A DNA stretch of 38,921 nt. It comes from Candidatus Micrarchaeota archaeon. GTDB taxonomy: Archaea; Micrarchaeota; Micrarchaeia; Anstonellales; Anstonellaceae. The translations under genes and the position numbers were made by a program. This document shows, piece after piece, positions 38,042 through 38,921 of this stretch. The notes beneath the pieces were generated by a model. The model made no database searches, was not told where the DNA came from, and was given only the letters and a program-made list of their open reading frames with translations. The first letter of the stretch is position 1; every line of letters starts with the position of its first letter. Location: the NCBI GenBank assembly GCA_043806415.1, contig JAZDHB010000077.1:1-38921 (forward strand), in the 5' to 3' direction.

Positions 38042-38245
38042 TCACTCCTTGACTTTGTATCCTTCCGCCCGAATGGCCTTGAGGAGCGCCTCATAAGTCG
38101 CGCGGTCCGGCACCGCCACCTTCGCCTCGCCTCCCTTGTGGCTGATGGAAAGCACCTTGGCGCCCGGGATGTCCTCCGCCGCCATCCGGATGAGGTTCTC
38201 ACAGCTCGCGCAGTGCATTCCTTCTATATGTATGGTCATTTCCAT
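38042..38245 (-). CDS. CopZ-like heavy-metal-associated chaperone
   Basis: Motifs IEGMHCASC...AIRAEGY; 67 aa. Confidence 0.88.
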   Translation of the reverse strand: MEMTIHIEGMHCASCENLIRMAAEDIPGAKVLSISHKGGEAKVAVPDRATYEALLKAIRAEGYKVKE

Positions 38246-38384
38246 ATTCCCACTCCTTCTCGCCCTCGCGGGCGTTTTGTTTTTCATCTTTCAATCCTGC
38301 TTTTTCTTTCTTCTATCCCAAGCCGTTCATTTCTTTTCCGTTTTCAATATCTCGAACGTGTCCTCGCGGACATATCTTATTAAT

Positions 38385-38466
38385 ATTTCATTTGCATGAA
38401 ACAATACATATAGATTCGTGAAACAATCGCAATCCCCATCAAAAAGGTGTTTCAATGGTCGGAAAC
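38385..38466. promoter_or_regulatory. Two candidate operators: ATTTCA-N6-TGAAAC (38385-402) and GTTTCA-N6-GGAAAC (38449-66)
   Basis: Inverted repeats with the same 6-nt spacer in the divergent promoter between the copZ-like operon and the regulator. Confidence 0.55.
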
Positions 38467-38921
38467 ATGCATTTAAACCAACGTCTGTTAATCGCCATTT
38501 CCATTCTCTCCGGTTTCATCCTGCTGGTGCTGGCCATGCTTCTGAGCTGGATCCTGGTCACGAACGGAATGGCCGCATCTCCCATCCTCATGCTTTTGTA
38601 TAACTACCATCTGGAAGTGATGATCCTCGTCTCCGTGCTGGGCATCGTGGTGGGCGCCTCGATGTATTTCCTCATGTCCGGGCAAGTGCAGGTGAAAACG
38701 CGGGAGGCGACCGGGAACGCCAAGCTTCTCCTCTCCTTCCTCTCCACGGAAGAGAAAGCAGTGGTCGAGTTTCTCCTCTCCAACGAGGGGCACACCACCC
38801 AGGCCCAGGTCTCGCGACTGGAGGATATGACCCGCCTCAAGGCCCACCGCACCGTCCTGCGCCTGGCCGAAAAGAAAATCGTCCGCATCGAGAAACTGGG
38901 AAAGACCAACCAGCTCTGGCT
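38467..38921 (+). CDS. Membrane-anchored winged-HTH regulator, paralog of 29104-29661 (partial, runs off the window)
   Basis: Not in the ORF track. Manual translation gives MHLNQRLLIAISILSGF...YHLEVM...NAKLLLSFLSTEEKAVV...TQAQVSRL...KAHRTVLRL.EKKIVRIEKLGKTN. Confidence 0.85.
   Translation, partial: MHLNQRLLIAISILSGFILLVLAMLLSWILVTNGMAASPILMLLYNYHLEVMILVSVLGIVVGASMYFLMSGQVQVKTREATGNAKLLLSFLSTEEKAVVEFLLSNEGHTTQAQVSRLEDMTRLKAHRTVLRLAEKKIVRIEKLGKTNQLW

Overview
GC-rich archaeal DNA, most likely Micrarchaeota (DPANN). The assignment is inferred from a three-unit (epsilon2-like) tRNA splicing endonuclease, deoxyhypusine synthase, an archaeal ATP-dependent ligase and a class III signal peptide pilin. 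Positions 1-16.3 kb hold housekeeping and metabolic genes (fbp, argG, EamA, argH, endA, dys, lig, asnS) plus an unusual protein combining helical repeats, a clan-CD-protease-like region and a T9SS-CTD-like tail. Positions 16.3-19.8 kb are the most striking part: a tandem array of cargo modules (transglutaminase-like/TPR gene, Fic/Doc remnant with small partner, antitoxin-MazF, RelBE), each followed by a diverged copy of the asnS 3' end. The longest copy differs from asnS almost only at synonymous sites, and no integrase is present in the window. Similar small gene-end duplications occur at dys and yjjX, and related multi-hairpin elements occur at about 12.3, 19.2 and 29.9 kb. Positions 22.8-38.9 kb form a large copper/heavy-metal cluster with two P1B ATPases, HMA and cupredoxin proteins, DsbA, ArsR and two paralogous membrane-anchored wHTH regulators that share a candidate GTTTCA-N6-TGAAAC operator. 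All calls come from reading motifs by eye; no database searches were run.
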